Assembly: GCA_041753135.1 (NCBI GenBank)
Contig: JBGSVD010000003.1
Location: 11,840-75,839, forward strand
Source of the DNA: Planctomycetaceae bacterium
GTDB taxonomy: Bacteria > Planctomycetota > Planctomycetia > Planctomycetales > Planctomycetaceae
DNA length: 64,000 bases
Direction of reading: 5' to 3'
Shown here: positions 27,750 through 39,781 of the stretch, piece after piece
Position numbering within the stretch: position 1 is the stretch's first letter
Layout of the letters: each line of letters opens with the position of its first letter
The notes under the pieces: model-generated
Told to the model about the DNA's origin: nothing
What the model saw: only the letters and a program-made list of their open reading frames with translations
Database searches by the model: none
Position numbers and translations under genes: made by a program

Positions 27750-28892
27750 ATGGCGAACTTTTTCTTTACAAGCGAATCAGTCAGTATGGGACACCCTGAT
27801 AAGGTGTCCGACCAGGTTTCAGACGGCATTTTGGACGCCCTGCTTGAGCAGGACCCGATGTCTCGTGTGGCCTGCGAAACTCTTTGCACGACTGATCTTG
27901 TTGTTCTTGCTGGCGAAATTACCACGACCGCTAAAGTGGATTACGTTGCGATCGCTCGGAAAGTGATTCGAGATATCGGGTATACCTCCGACGACATTGG
28001 CTTCAACGCAGATAGCTGTCGAATCTTCCAGGCGCTTCACAGTCAGAGTGGTGACATCGCTCAGGGTGTTGACCGAGACGGCGCTGGTGACCAGGGCTTG
28101 ATGTTCGGCTATGCATGCAATCAGACGGAAGAGCTGATGCCAGTGCCGATCGCTTTCGCTCATCGTCTTATTAATCGACTGACAGAAGTTCGCAAGACCG
28201 GAGTTGTGAACTGGCTCCGTCCTGACAGCAAGAGTCAGGTGACCGTTGAATACGACGGAACAAAACCGGTTCGCGTCGAAGCGATCGTTATCTCAACTCA
28301 GCATGCGGAAAGTGTGACTCAGGAGGAAATCGCGGACTTCGTGAGGAAGGAAGTGATTGCGAAAGTGATTCCTGCAAATATGCTGGACAGTAACACTAAG
28401 TATCACATTAACCCAACAGGTCGCTTCGTGATCGGTGGTCCACATGGTGACACCGGTTTGACCGGACGAAAAATTATCGTCGATACCTACGGTGGCTGGG
28501 GACGTCATGGTGGCGGCGCATTCTCTGGCAAAGATGCCACGAAGGTAGACCGTTCCGCAGCGTATATGGGTCGATATGTTGCAAAGAACATTGTGGCCGC
28601 CGGGCTGGCCGATCAGTGCGAAGTTCAGCTTGCTTATGCGATCGGTGTTGCGGATCCTGTGAGCATTCGAGTTGACACCTTTGGCTCTGCTAAGATTGCT
28701 GAAAGCAAGATCGAACAGCTTGTTCGCGACCACTTCCCTCTCACGCCAAAGGGAATTATCGAACACCTGAAACTGCGACGACCAGTGTTCCTGAAGACGG
28801 CTGAAGGTGGCCACTTTGGACGCACAGGCGAAGGTTTCACCTGGGAAGCAACCGACATGGCCGAAGCATTGAAAAAAGCTGCCGCCAAGTAA
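27750..28892 (+). CDS. metK: S-adenosylmethionine synthetase
   Basis: [48 protein letters not shown]. Confidence 0.95.
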   Translation: MANFFFTSESVSMGHPDKVSDQVSDGILDALLEQDPMSRVACETLCTTDLVVLAGEITTTAKVDYVAIARKVIRDIGYTSDDIGFNADSCRIFQALHSQSGDIAQGVDRDGAGDQGLMFGYACNQTEELMPVPIAFAHRLINRLTEVRKTGVVNWLRPDSKSQVTVEYDGTKPVRVEAIVISTQHAESVTQEEIADFVRKEVIAKVIPANMLDSNTKYHINPTGRFVIGGPHGDTGLTGRKIIVDTYGGWGRHGGGAFSGKDATKVDRSAAYMGRYVAKNIVAAGLADQCEVQLAYAIGVADPVSIRVDTFGSAKIAESKIEQLVRDHFPLTPKGIIEHLKLRRPVFLKTAEGGHFGRTGEGFTWEATDMAEALKKAAAK

Positions 28893-28983
28893 TTGCGAAA
28901 ACGTTGAAAAGCGTTTTCCAGTACTATTCGTGAGTCCTCAACGGGCAGGCCTGCTCTGTTTGACTCACAGGGAACAAATCTAA

Positions 28984-29028
28984 GCACCGGCGAAGAAAGC
29001 TACTTTCTTCGCCGGTGCTTTTGTTTTT
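28984..29028 (+). terminator. Rho-independent terminator after metK
   Basis: GCACCGGCGAAGAAAG-cta-CTTTCTTCGCCGGTGC followed by TTTTGTTTTT. Confidence 0.8.
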
Positions 29029-29165
29029 GAAAGGGTGCAGCGACGAAAATGGCATCATTCTTTCGTCGGATCGCCAAATCACCTAGACTGCGGAAATCAG
29101 GCCCCATTTAGTATGGCGGCGACTTGTTCGATTGTCTTCCATTCCTCCGGCACGGATGCGCGGTG

Positions 29166-31004
29166 ATGGCTTCAGAAAAACAGCCCGAACAGCAGGCAAT
29201 TCACCTTCGTGCAGAAGTTCAGCGCATTATTGCCGCGGGCCAGACGCCGCAGAAGCTGCGGGCTGGGTCTGTATTTTCGGCTGCCGTCATCACTGCTATT
29301 AGCCTGACGCTGTTGTGGCTTTCCTTCACACCCGCAGAGCTGGCACCGCTGGCATGGATTGCTTTGGTACCGCTTTGTCAGCTGTTAAGGTTGAGGTCAC
29401 TTCCAAGATTTTGCCTGTCGCTGGTCTGGATGGTGTCCTTTGTCTGGGCACTGGCAACTCTTCAGTGGATGCGACTTGGGCATCCCGCCATGTTTCTTGC
29501 GCTGGCGGCATTAGCAGCCTATGTGGCACTCTATGTTCCGACATTCATCTGGCTAGGTCGTCGCTGTATTGCCGTAAAATGTCCATTGTGGCTGGCAGTG
29601 CCAATCGTCTGGACCGCGTTGGAATTTTGCAGAGCTTATCTGCTGACCGGTTTCTCGTGGTATTATCTCGGGCACACTCAATATCGCTGGCTAAGCCTGA
29701 TTCAGATTTCCGATGTCATCGGCGCCTATGGAGTGAGCTTTGTAGTGGCGATGATCTCAGGAGCCCTCGCCGAACAAGTCCCGATTGCCTGGCTGGCACG
29801 ACTGAAGCTGGATGCTGAAGCGTCCACATCAGCACCGGCTTCGCGGATTCCGCTTGTGGCCAGCTCTGCTTGTGTGCTTGTCTGCTGCGCATACGGACTC
29901 ATTCGGATAACGCCAGCGAGCGACTTCGCAACTGGCCCGGCGTTCGCGTTGATTCAGGGGAATTTCACACCGGAGGTGAAGCACGATAACAGCATGATGA
30001 TGACGCGATTTCGAGTGCATGACGCACTGACTCGAAGTGCGGTCACGCTTCAGCCGGATTTTATTGTTTGGCCGGAGACCATGTTTCCCTGGTCTCTGAA
30101 AAGTGTGGCAGAGGGTGTCACTGATGACGATATCCTCTCGCAGATTCCTGTTGATGTCGTTCGTGAGTATGGCGACAAAGCCTCGATACTGGCCGAGCCA
30201 TTTCGGACGCACGAAGTTCAACAACGACTCGGCAACGACGCGCAGGCGTGCGGAGCTGCGATCGTGATGGGACTGGAGGCGATGGTGGCTGAGAAAGGCG
30301 AATTGAAGGTTTATAACGCCGCAGCGTTCGCGCGGCCCGATCTGGGATATGTCGGACGTTACGACAAAATTCATCGCGTCGTCTTTGGTGAGTACATCCC
30401 TCTAAAAGACCTGTTTCCCTGGCTGACAGATTTGACTCCGTTCGGAGCAAATTTTGGAATCGACGCAGGCAGTGAAGTGCAGCTATTTGAATACGCCGGA
30501 TTCCGGATCACGCCCCTGATCTGTTTTGAGGACACCGTACCACATCTTGTCCGACGTCTGGCTGCACAAAAAGACAAAGACGGCCAGGAGTGCGATGTAC
30601 TTGTCAATCTGACGAATGACGCCTGGTTCCATGGTTCAAGTGAACTTGATCAGCACTTGATTACAGGAGCGTTTCGAAGCGTGGAGACACGAACGCCGCT
30701 GGTTCGATGTGTAAACGGCGGAATATCAGCCTTTATTGATGGCAATGGGCAGGTCCGTGAGCCGGATCAGATTCTTATCATGACCGAACCACTCCAGGGG
30801 TTGAAGCCGGAACTCACGGCCGTGCAGGGAATGCGTGATCCGGAAACAGGTTCATGGCGGCGACAGTTTTCGGGAATTATTTTTGGGCAGGTTCCACTCG
30901 ACCGAAGATCTTCTCTGTACGTCAGATTTGGTGACTGGTTTGCTGGTTCTTGCCTGCTGATCACAATAGCGTGCCTCGGTATGTCGTTCCGAAGAAGGCA
31001 GTAA
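29166..31004 (+). CDS. lnt: apolipoprotein N-acyltransferase
   Basis: Multi-TM N-terminal half followed by a CN-hydrolase domain (IVWPETMFP, YDKIHRVVFGEYIP, PLICFEDTVP). Confidence 0.85.
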   Translation: MASEKQPEQQAIHLRAEVQRIIAAGQTPQKLRAGSVFSAAVITAISLTLLWLSFTPAELAPLAWIALVPLCQLLRLRSLPRFCLSLVWMVSFVWALATLQWMRLGHPAMFLALAALAAYVALYVPTFIWLGRRCIAVKCPLWLAVPIVWTALEFCRAYLLTGFSWYYLGHTQYRWLSLIQISDVIGAYGVSFVVAMISGALAEQVPIAWLARLKLDAEASTSAPASRIPLVASSACVLVCCAYGLIRITPASDFATGPAFALIQGNFTPEVKHDNSMMMTRFRVHDALTRSAVTLQPDFIVWPETMFPWSLKSVAEGVTDDDILSQIPVDVVREYGDKASILAEPFRTHEVQQRLGNDAQACGAAIVMGLEAMVAEKGELKVYNAAAFARPDLGYVGRYDKIHRVVFGEYIPLKDLFPWLTDLTPFGANFGIDAGSEVQLFEYAGFRITPLICFEDTVPHLVRRLAAQKDKDGQECDVLVNLTNDAWFHGSSELDQHLITGAFRSVETRTPLVRCVNGGISAFIDGNGQVREPDQILIMTEPLQGLKPELTAVQGMRDPETGSWRRQFSGIIFGQVPLDRRSSLYVRFGDWFAGSCLLITIACLGMSFRRRQ

Positions 31005-31312
31005 TCTTTGCGGCGAACCGGATCTTTCTCATCAATTTTTTCGCACCGTCAATTTGCTTTGGGCCAGGTATTTGTGCATGTGTGCTATGGCCCTTGTGTG
31101 CTCTGACCTCTGTTTGTCGGACGCAGCGAGTTATTGGTTGTACTGTCAATTGACGACACTCGATTCCGCAACGAAGATACACCTCGCGCGGCGTAAAATG
31201 AGCCGTCGCTGAATTCGCGAGGATTCGGATGCGGGCTGGTCAAATTCTCCGAATTCTGACAAATCCGGTCACGTCACTCGTGCTCCGTCAAGATTAAAAA
31301 TCAAGGTTGGCT

Positions 31313-32101
31313 ATGGACTACAAGTTTGAAGGTAAGAACGCACTGGTTACAGGGTCATCAAAAGGCATCGGCAGCTCTGTAGCGATCGCCCTGGCTCGCG
31401 GCGGTGCCAATGTGACGATCAATTGCAGTTCAAGCGTTGCTCAGGCCGAGGAAGTTGCGGAAACCATTCGCAAGATGGGCCGAAAGGCGATCGTTGTTGC
31501 CTGCGACGTTTCAGATCTTGCAGCCGTTGAAGACATGGTAAAACAGACGGTCGATGCATTTGGAAGTCTGGACCTGTTTGTTTCCAACGCTGTTTACAGT
31601 GATCGTCAATTGATGGTTGAGGCTGACATGGCCGGTTTCCGCCGGACGATTGAAGTCAGCATGTGGGGAGCTCTGCATGGAGTCCGTGCCTCGTCACAAC
31701 AGATGTTGAAGCAGGGCAAAGGCGGCGCGATTACGGTCATTAGCTCTCCTCACGCGATCATTCCGTTTCCAACGGCGATGGCCTACAACATGTCGAAGGC
31801 TGCGATCGACCATATGGCTCGAACTGCAGCTATTGAACTTGTGAAGTCGGGCATCAGAGTGAATGTGTTTCACCCTGGCTGGATCGATACGCCGGGTGAG
31901 CGAAAATTCTTTACGGAAGAACAACTCGAAGAAGGAGCTCGCGGACTTCCGATGGGGCGCATGGGCTCCAGTGAAGAGATGGCCCACGGAGTTTGTTTCA
32001 CGCTCAGTGACGAAGCGTCTTATATGACCGGATCGACTCTGACGATGGATGGTGGAGTTGGGCTGCCATGGTGGTCAAAGAGAACCGAAGGCAAGCAATA
32101 G
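31313..32101 (+). CDS. SDR-family oxidoreductase
   Basis: TGSSKGIGSSVA, NAVYS, YNMSKAA. Confidence 0.9.
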   Translation: MDYKFEGKNALVTGSSKGIGSSVAIALARGGANVTINCSSSVAQAEEVAETIRKMGRKAIVVACDVSDLAAVEDMVKQTVDAFGSLDLFVSNAVYSDRQLMVEADMAGFRRTIEVSMWGALHGVRASSQQMLKQGKGGAITVISSPHAIIPFPTAMAYNMSKAAIDHMARTAAIELVKSGIRVNVFHPGWIDTPGERKFFTEEQLEEGARGLPMGRMGSSEEMAHGVCFTLSDEASYMTGSTLTMDGGVGLPWWSKRTEGKQ

Positions 32102-32130
32102 AGACCGCGTGTCCCAGAGATTTCAGCCAG

Positions 32131-32160
32131 GCCCGACGATATCAAATCGTCGGGCTTTTT
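32131..32160 (+). terminator. Rho-independent terminator after the SDR gene
   Basis: GCCCGACGAT-atcaa-ATCGTCGGGC followed by TTTTT. Confidence 0.75.
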
Positions 32161-32348
32161 GCATTTGCGGACAAAAGTTGTTCGTAGCTCGCTTGATAGC
32201 GAAGCCTGCCTGGACGCCCGAATCGAAGCGGAACGGCGCGAGCCGTCCGGTTTTTGTCAGGATTTTGAGAGCCATCGCCAGACAGCTTGCGCTGTTCCGC
32301 TCAAAATGACTGCCATAGGGCAGTGAAGCAGTGAGCCTCAGCCGTTGT

Positions 32349-32849
32349 TCAGGGGCCATTCGCAAATTCGTCCGAGCTGACTGATGGAACTGCAGGGCTT
32401 CGAACAGATGCGAAGTAACGATTGTCGCGAATCCAGTCTTCACGCGAATAGGAAATCACTGAAGAATCCGTCTCTCGTACTTCGATATGCGAAAGTCGGA
32501 ACCCCATTTCGGTGATCTCTGTAAACATCATCCAGGCAAGATTCTCAACGCTCGTCGGACCATTGAAGAGTTTGAGCTTGAAGTTTTCGCCCGTGCGCCG
32601 GCAGTGATCCTTCAGAGTTTCATAAAGCGGATCGTGTATGTTGATCAGCATACCGTGGTCATACAGAGCCTTAAGCCAGGGCTCCACTTTTTCGTCAAAG
32701 GCGCCGAAAAGCGTGCTGATGTCGCCATCGCGTTCCACTTCAAAAAAACAACGAAGGCCGTAGCGGTGACCATGAAGGTTGCTGCACTTGTCCATCAGCG
32801 TTTCATTGCGGTGTGCGGCGTAGAACTTGTACTCTTTCTGAATGATCAC
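32349..32849 (-). CDS. 6-pyruvoyl-tetrahydropterin / 6-carboxytetrahydropterin synthase family protein (QueD-like)
   Basis: YKFYAAHRNETL...CSNLHGHRYGL, with a GTG start. Confidence 0.75.
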   Translation of the reverse strand: MIIQKEYKFYAAHRNETLMDKCSNLHGHRYGLRCFFEVERDGDISTLFGAFDEKVEPWLKALYDHGMLINIHDPLYETLKDHCRRTGENFKLKLFNGPTSVENLAWMMFTEITEMGFRLSHIEVRETDSSVISYSREDWIRDNRYFASVRSPAVPSVSSDEFANGP

Positions 32850-33086
32850 AACAGACTCCGGCGAAGAATTACCAGTCGATTACCTGCACCACGTGCTCAG
32901 CCAGCATACCAAAACAAATGCTGATGTTACGTCTCGAAAACCGCTTAATCAAAGGGATTTTCTGGCTCAGTCAGCTTTGGCAGGATCGTTCCGTCCTGAC
33001 CGGTTGCTGTCACTGGCCGCAAACGGCTTCCACGTGAGGGAATTAATTACGTGCAGGGCTGCAACATTGGCGCAAAAAGCTCCCGG

Positions 33087-33431
33087 CTACGGTTTAGCTT
33101 CCGCTGCGATGGCTGCTGGCGGGACCCGGACCTGAATATCCTGTCCTTCGAGCCGGACTTCGTAGCAAGCACTGCGGATCTGACTTCTGGAGTTGTCCAG
33201 CCAGGTACCGTCTTTCAGGCTGAATCGCCATGCGTGCCAGGGACACATCACGGCGTCGTCTTCCACATGTCCATCGGCAAGTGAGGCCCCCATGTGCGGG
33301 CAAAAGTCATTAATTGCCAAATAGCGACCTTGCGAAAGAAATACTCCGACCATCGTCCCGCCAATCGCAAAAGAACGCCCCTGTCCTTCGGGGATATCAC
33401 CCACCTTTGCTACGGTCTGAAATTCTGACAT
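33087..33431 (-). CDS. Rieske [2Fe-2S] protein, NirD-like
   Basis: CPHMGASL ... CPWHAWRF. Confidence 0.8.
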   Translation of the reverse strand: MSEFQTVAKVGDIPEGQGRSFAIGGTMVGVFLSQGRYLAINDFCPHMGASLADGHVEDDAVMCPWHAWRFSLKDGTWLDNSRSQIRSACYEVRLEGQDIQVRVPPAAIAAEAKP

Positions 33432-33721
33432 TTTGATCCTGCCCTTTACGAAGAATGGACAGAATTCTGAAGTTCCGTCTGGGAATGTCAAATGGGGAAT
33501 GGCATTGAATACTAGCGAAATCTCACGACGTTCATTCAGAATCACGCTACAATTCGCCGCAGTAAAGTATTCACCGCAGCAATTGCGGGACGAAATGTTG
33601 GAAATTTGCTTCGATTATCAGCCCCCAGGGAAATGTCTGGGGCAATGAGCCAGGTTGCATTTGAAAAGCGGATCTTTCGCAGGATTGACCAGAGAGAATT
33701 GCAACTCCGACATTCGGATGA

Positions 33722-34906
<1,185 letters not shown>

Positions 34907-34978
34907 CAGACAGAAGCAGGATCGCAGCCATTCTTGTTCGGGTGCTCTACAGACGAAAGACAAGGTCAGGAAGTATCG

Positions 34979-35938
34979 ATGAAAGTTCTGCTCGCCAGTC
35001 CTCGCGGTTTCTGCGCCGGGGTCAACATGGCCATCGAATGCCTGGATGAAGTGATTCGACGCGTGGGACCGAAGATCTTCGTTTACCACGAGATCGTTCA
35101 CAACAAGTACGTCGTCGATCGATTTACAAATCAGGGAGTCAAGTTTGTAAACTCGCTGGAAGAGGTTCCCGTCGGTGGCATCCTGCTTTTCAGCGCGCAT
35201 GGTGTCTCACCGGAAATTCGCAGGATCGCTCGCAGCCGAAAACTGCAGACGATTGATGCAACGTGTCCGCTGGTGACCAAGGTTCATCTCGAAGCAATCC
35301 GCTATGCCAATCAGGGCTATCATATCATCTTGATTGGACACGAAGGTCACGATGAAGTGATCGGAACAATGGGAGAGGCCCCACAAAGCATTACGCTTGT
35401 GGAGACTCCGGAAGACGTATCAAAACTCCCGTTTCCACAGGGAGAGAAGCTGGCCTATCTGACGCAAACGACCTTGAGCGTCGAAGAAGCCAATGCCGTG
35501 ATTCAGGCATTGCGAGCTCGATACCCGAACATCGATTCACCGAAGAAAGAAGATATCTGTTATGCAACGACCAATCGACAGGAAGCTGTAAAGGTCCTGG
35601 TTGAGTCTGCAGATGTGCTCATCGTTCTGGGAAGTCAGAATAGTTCAAACAGCCGCCGTCTGATGGAAATGGGGGCTTCAAAAGGTGTCCCCAGCTACCT
35701 CGTGGATGGCGCCAGTGAGCTGCAACTCGAGTGGTTCAGTGAAGCCCAGACGGTCACCGTTACCGCTGGTGCCAGTGCACCGGAGGTTGTTGTTCAGGAG
35801 TGTCTTGCCTTCCTGAAAGAGCACTTCAATGCTGTGGTTTCGGAGGAAGTTCTGCGTGAGGAGCATGTGCATTTCGCCATGCCTCGAGAATTGCTGACCC
35901 TGAAGCCTCAGGTGCCTGGTAGCGTTGAGCAGATGTGA
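34979..35938 (+). CDS. ispH: 4-hydroxy-3-methylbut-2-enyl diphosphate reductase
   Basis: PRGFCAGVNMAI, HEIVHN, SAHGVSP, CPLVTKVH, ICYATTNRQ. Confidence 0.95.
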   Translation: MKVLLASPRGFCAGVNMAIECLDEVIRRVGPKIFVYHEIVHNKYVVDRFTNQGVKFVNSLEEVPVGGILLFSAHGVSPEIRRIARSRKLQTIDATCPLVTKVHLEAIRYANQGYHIILIGHEGHDEVIGTMGEAPQSITLVETPEDVSKLPFPQGEKLAYLTQTTLSVEEANAVIQALRARYPNIDSPKKEDICYATTNRQEAVKVLVESADVLIVLGSQNSSNSRRLMEMGASKGVPSYLVDGASELQLEWFSEAQTVTVTAGASAPEVVVQECLAFLKEHFNAVVSEEVLREEHVHFAMPRELLTLKPQVPGSVEQM

Positions 35939-36201
35939 GGAACACGTTCCACCAGCGGCAAAACTTTGGGGGCATACACTGTCGTGAAGCCCTCTGCTTT
36001 TCGATGTTCATCCAACGCTGCCTGAGATTCCCAGCGTTCGATCAGAATAAATGTCCCGGGCACAGATTGTGACTCAAAGGCTTCGAATCGCACACAGCCT
36101 GGTTCAGCGCGCGACAGACGTACCTGGGTCGCCAGCAGAGTCCGCAATTCCGGGACACTCGCGAGTTCTTTAGCGGTCAGGATTACCGTGATATCGACCA
36201 T
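35908..36201 (-). CDS. antibiotic-biosynthesis-monooxygenase (ABM) domain protein
   Basis: EPGCVRFEAFES...FILIERWESQAALDEHRK. Its 3' end overlaps the ispH 3' end convergently. Confidence 0.7.
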   Translation of the reverse strand: MVDITVILTAKELASVPELRTLLATQVRLSRAEPGCVRFEAFESQSVPGTFILIERWESQAALDEHRKAEGFTTVYAPKVLPLVERVPHICSTLPGT

Positions 36202-36413
36202 TTGACTGTCCAATTAAGAATAACCATGCAGGGTTGTTGAAAGACGGTTCTGTTGAGCGCCTGACCGTGAGTCAATTGACTTGATCGAACCGACAGGGCT
36301 GATTGACGCTGACTTGAAGACTTCGTTTTGGCGCAGCTCTTTGGAGGCTGATTGCCTTGATCGACAAGGTCAGAGCAGAGTGTCGTCCGAAACATCGCGA
36401 ATTTGAAGCGACA

Positions 36414-37325
36414 TCAAGCTGCTCTGCGAGTTGTGTCGCGTGCCGTTTCGGTGACCGACGTGCATTCCGCATTTGATGCAGGCGCCGTTGCATTCAATGC
36501 AACTTTCGAAGATCTTGAAAATCGATTCTTGAGGTGTCGCAGTGTGAATCGATTTGCGAGATCAATCAACCAGGGCGCAAAACGTTTCAGTTGGTACAGA
36601 AGGTGAGCTGTTGGCGTAATCAACACCTGACGCCGATCGCGACGAATCGCTTTCAATGTAATTGCAGCGACCTTTTCCGGTGTTGTGCAAAGCCACGCTG
36701 GCGGCGAAGGGACAGTGCGTCCGGCATTTCCGGAGACTGCCGATTTGTAGAGCTTCGTTGTGACTGGTCCGGGACAAATTGCCGTGACCCCGACACCCCG
36801 ACGTCCGTATTCCGCTCTTAGCGATTCAGTGAAACCGATCAGCCCAAACTTGCTTGTGTGGTAAGCGGCAAACCGTCCGCCTGCCACGAGCCCCGAGATG
36901 CTGCACATATTGACGATGTGAGTATCGCTGCGCTGGAGCAGCGTCGGCAGCAGCTGTTGAGTGATTTGAATCGGTGCGAGGAGATTGACGGACATCAGCC
37001 AGTCCCACTGCTGTTGAGTCATCTTGTCCGTCGGTCCATAGTAGGCGACTCCCGCATTATTGATCAGGAGATCGATGCCTCCGCTGGCCGCGATGGCTTC
37101 GGACACAATCAGTGAAATGGACTCACGATTCGTCAGATCACATTTTCGAGTCCACACACGAACATGCGTTGATGCCAATTCCTGTTCAAGATTCTTCAGG
37201 CCATCTTCATCGACATCAATGAGATAAAGGTGACAGCCTTCAGCCGCCAGCGCGATGGCGATTGATCGACCTATGCCAGACGCTGCCCCTGTGAGAAACG
37301 CGTTTCGATCTTTGAATGTCTTCAT
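36414..37325 (-). CDS. SDR-family oxidoreductase
   Basis: TGAASGIGRSIA, NNAGV, YHTSKFG. Confidence 0.9.
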   Translation of the reverse strand: MKTFKDRNAFLTGAASGIGRSIAIALAAEGCHLYLIDVDEDGLKNLEQELASTHVRVWTRKCDLTNRESISLIVSEAIAASGGIDLLINNAGVAYYGPTDKMTQQQWDWLMSVNLLAPIQITQQLLPTLLQRSDTHIVNMCSISGLVAGGRFAAYHTSKFGLIGFTESLRAEYGRRGVGVTAICPGPVTTKLYKSAVSGNAGRTVPSPPAWLCTTPEKVAAITLKAIRRDRRQVLITPTAHLLYQLKRFAPWLIDLANRFTLRHLKNRFSRSSKVALNATAPASNAECTSVTETARDTTRRAA

Positions 37326-37685
37326 CCGAATCTTCCTGATTCACGTTAATGCATTCATCTCAATGCAATCGACGTCCAGATTGCTCTGCTGAACAAAAGG
37401 GAGCCTATCAAATGCGGCAAAGCAGCGGGAGGCCTTCCCTGGAGTTCTGCACTTTATGAATAACCCGCCCCGATTGGCTGGAAAATTCGCTGCTGTAATT
37501 CCTGTTTTAAGTGAACAACCAGTTCAAAAATAGAACGAGTGAACACTAAGTGCCTCTCAACTGAAGTGCGATTTCCATCCAAATTGGCCAGGAATCCAAG
37601 AGGACGGACGAACAACTCGGCAACATTGATTAAAAAACATTCTTGTTAAGCAAGGATGTGTCAACAAATGATCAGGTATCAATAG

Positions 37686-38342
37686 ATGCTCAAAAAAGTT
37701 ACTGGATTGTTAGTGGTTCTGGCCATTGCAGCGGGGATCGCTCAAGTGGCCCAAAGTACGCTCAGCTCCTCCATCGCGGTTGAACCAAAACACGAAAGAG
37801 CGCTCCACGGCATTGGCAAAAATGTGGCAGGCGTTTTGAAGCCACGTCAGTTACAAACGCAAGTTCTGACAGTGACATCCACAGTTGATGAGCCCAAAAA
37901 TACATTCGCCAGTTTGCATTGCGAACTCTTGATGCGCGAATATCTTGGCTGTTCGCTGTCCTCTGTGGCTGCTGATATGTTTGCGCCGATTTCCTATCAG
38001 ATGGCATTTGCGTCGACCGTGAATCATGAAGTCGATGATCGCGGCAACACCTTGCTTCACCTTGCCTCTCGGCTTCGGGATCCGTTCTTCACATGGCAGT
38101 TGCTGGAGCTTGGGGCAAGTACTTCCGCGAGAAATTGCTCGAACAAACGACCAATCGACTTTCTTCGTCCTGGTATTGCAGAAGCGGATCAATTCCTGTT
38201 TTCTGCTCTGACGCCGTCATCGCCATGGGACGAGAATTTTACGGCCGTGCCGTACGACAGAAGTTCCGACGGGCGAAATTCGAGGATGTCTGCAGGGACA
38301 GTTGAGGAAAACACCTCCCCGGATCGTCCTGCAATGATCTGA
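37686..38342 (+). CDS. secreted hypothetical protein with one ankyrin-like repeat
   Basis: Signal peptide MLKKVTGLLVVLAIAAGIAQVAQS. DDRGNTLLHLASR...LLELGAS resembles an ANK repeat. Confidence 0.5.
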   Translation: MLKKVTGLLVVLAIAAGIAQVAQSTLSSSIAVEPKHERALHGIGKNVAGVLKPRQLQTQVLTVTSTVDEPKNTFASLHCELLMREYLGCSLSSVAADMFAPISYQMAFASTVNHEVDDRGNTLLHLASRLRDPFFTWQLLELGASTSARNCSNKRPIDFLRPGIAEADQFLFSALTPSSPWDENFTAVPYDRSSDGRNSRMSAGTVEENTSPDRPAMI

Positions 38343-38387
38343 TTCTGTTCTGAAGATCACAGACCGTCGCGTGAAGTGCGTTTTCTG

Positions 38388-39017
38388 CTATTTCCGTGTG
38401 CGTTTGTACGGAATTGCACAGCCGCGAGCGGGAACTTCCTGTGTTTCTGGTAAATGGCCTTCTATGGCCGCCTCAATGGCAAGTTCGACATAACGCACTG
38501 AAACCTGGCTTGCGTCTGTCTTATCATCCATTGCTCCCATGAACACGATTCTACGGTCTTTGTTGAGCACAAAAAATTCCGGTGTAAAACTTGCGACATA
38601 GGCGTCTGCGGTCTGTTGCGTTTCGTCCATCAGATAGGCAAATGGGAATGACTTTTCCTGTGCACGCTCTTTCATTTTTTCAAGTGACTCTGAAGATTTC
38701 TTGTTGGCATTGATTGCAACAAGCACAACCCCGCGAGCATCGTCCGCATACTTTCTCTGCAGTGCGATCATGCGATCTTCGTAGTCGACTGCATACGGGC
38801 ACGAGTTGCATGTAAAGCACAGCACCACGACTTGTTTTCCCTTCAGGTCGGCAAGCGAATGCAGCTTCTCATCGGTACCCGGAAGATCCGTCCAGTCTGG
38901 AGCAGCGTCTCCAATCTTGAGCTTTGGGTTTTGACCGCCGATTGCACTTTCCGATGCGATCAAGCAGAGGCCCAGGCAAAGTGCAGGAATCCATGCGGAC
39001 TGGCTAATGCGATTCAT
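38388..39017 (-). CDS. thioredoxin-fold redoxin (TlpA/AhpC-TSA-like), secreted
   Basis: Signal peptide, VVVLCFTCNSCPYAV, FPFAYLMDE. Confidence 0.8.
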   Translation of the reverse strand: MNRISQSAWIPALCLGLCLIASESAIGGQNPKLKIGDAAPDWTDLPGTDEKLHSLADLKGKQVVVLCFTCNSCPYAVDYEDRMIALQRKYADDARGVVLVAINANKKSSESLEKMKERAQEKSFPFAYLMDETQQTADAYVASFTPEFFVLNKDRRIVFMGAMDDKTDASQVSVRYVELAIEAAIEGHLPETQEVPARGCAIPYKRTRK

Positions 39018-39036
39018 CTCTTGCTCCACCCAATAA

Positions 39037-39146
39037 GGCGAGCGACGGGAGAGGATTTACCATCGTAGAACGATTGTCCCAATCGTTCATAAGCAGTTGG
39101 GACAACTGCTTTACTATGGGCTGGTAAGCCATTTCCTGCCGCTCGC
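39037..39146 (-). repeat. Family A structured element, copy A3
   Basis: GGCGAGCGACG...GAACGATTGTCCCAATCGTTC...CAGTTGGGACAACTG...TGCCGCTCGC, in the same orientation as A1. Confidence 0.8.
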
Positions 39147-39781
39147 ATAGGGCCACGACTTTTCTTGACATGTTTCTGATCCCCATTATGGGCAGAAAGT
39201 CCATCCACGTCGATCTCGACTGCCAGGCAGGTGGTCTATTGATACGAGTGCACAATTTGCAACCCCGAAGAAGTCGCCCCACGTCAGAAATACGAGTACA
39301 GAGCGAATCGAACATGCCGCGGGTTGGGTAGTGAGAATCCAGCATTCAGGGCTTACGTGTAATCTTCGGTTGTGATGGAAAAATGGACTCAAAATCAGAC
39401 TTGAGGCAAATCCTCAGTTTTATTAAGCCTCAGTTCGTTCGGAGTTTTGATACAGATTTCAAGCGGCAGAAGTTGCCTCAAACAAACGGTTTGAGCAGGC
39501 TTTTTCCGCGAAAATCATGACAAACGCGTTGAGGAAGCATAATTGAAAATGGATTGCGGCAGTCACAAAACTAGCACATCGCTACGCAACGTTCTGACCG
39601 ACCCGTCGTTCCATGCTATTTTTTCTTCTTCAACAAACGGCAGATTTTGCCGGACTGTTATTTCAGTACGTGAATGCTGCCGAAAGTTGTTCCCTCATTG
39701 ATCGCTTCTTGCTATTTCGACTGAAATTGATTTTCCTTAAGACATTCCATGTATTGCCAACCCCTTCACGGAGGCACTGCC

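Noticed and set aside
35908-35938. 31 bp overlap of the ispH and ABM-domain gene 3' ends
   Set aside because: A convergent 3' overlap of this size is common and needs no special explanation. It could also shrink if the ABM gene were mis-called.
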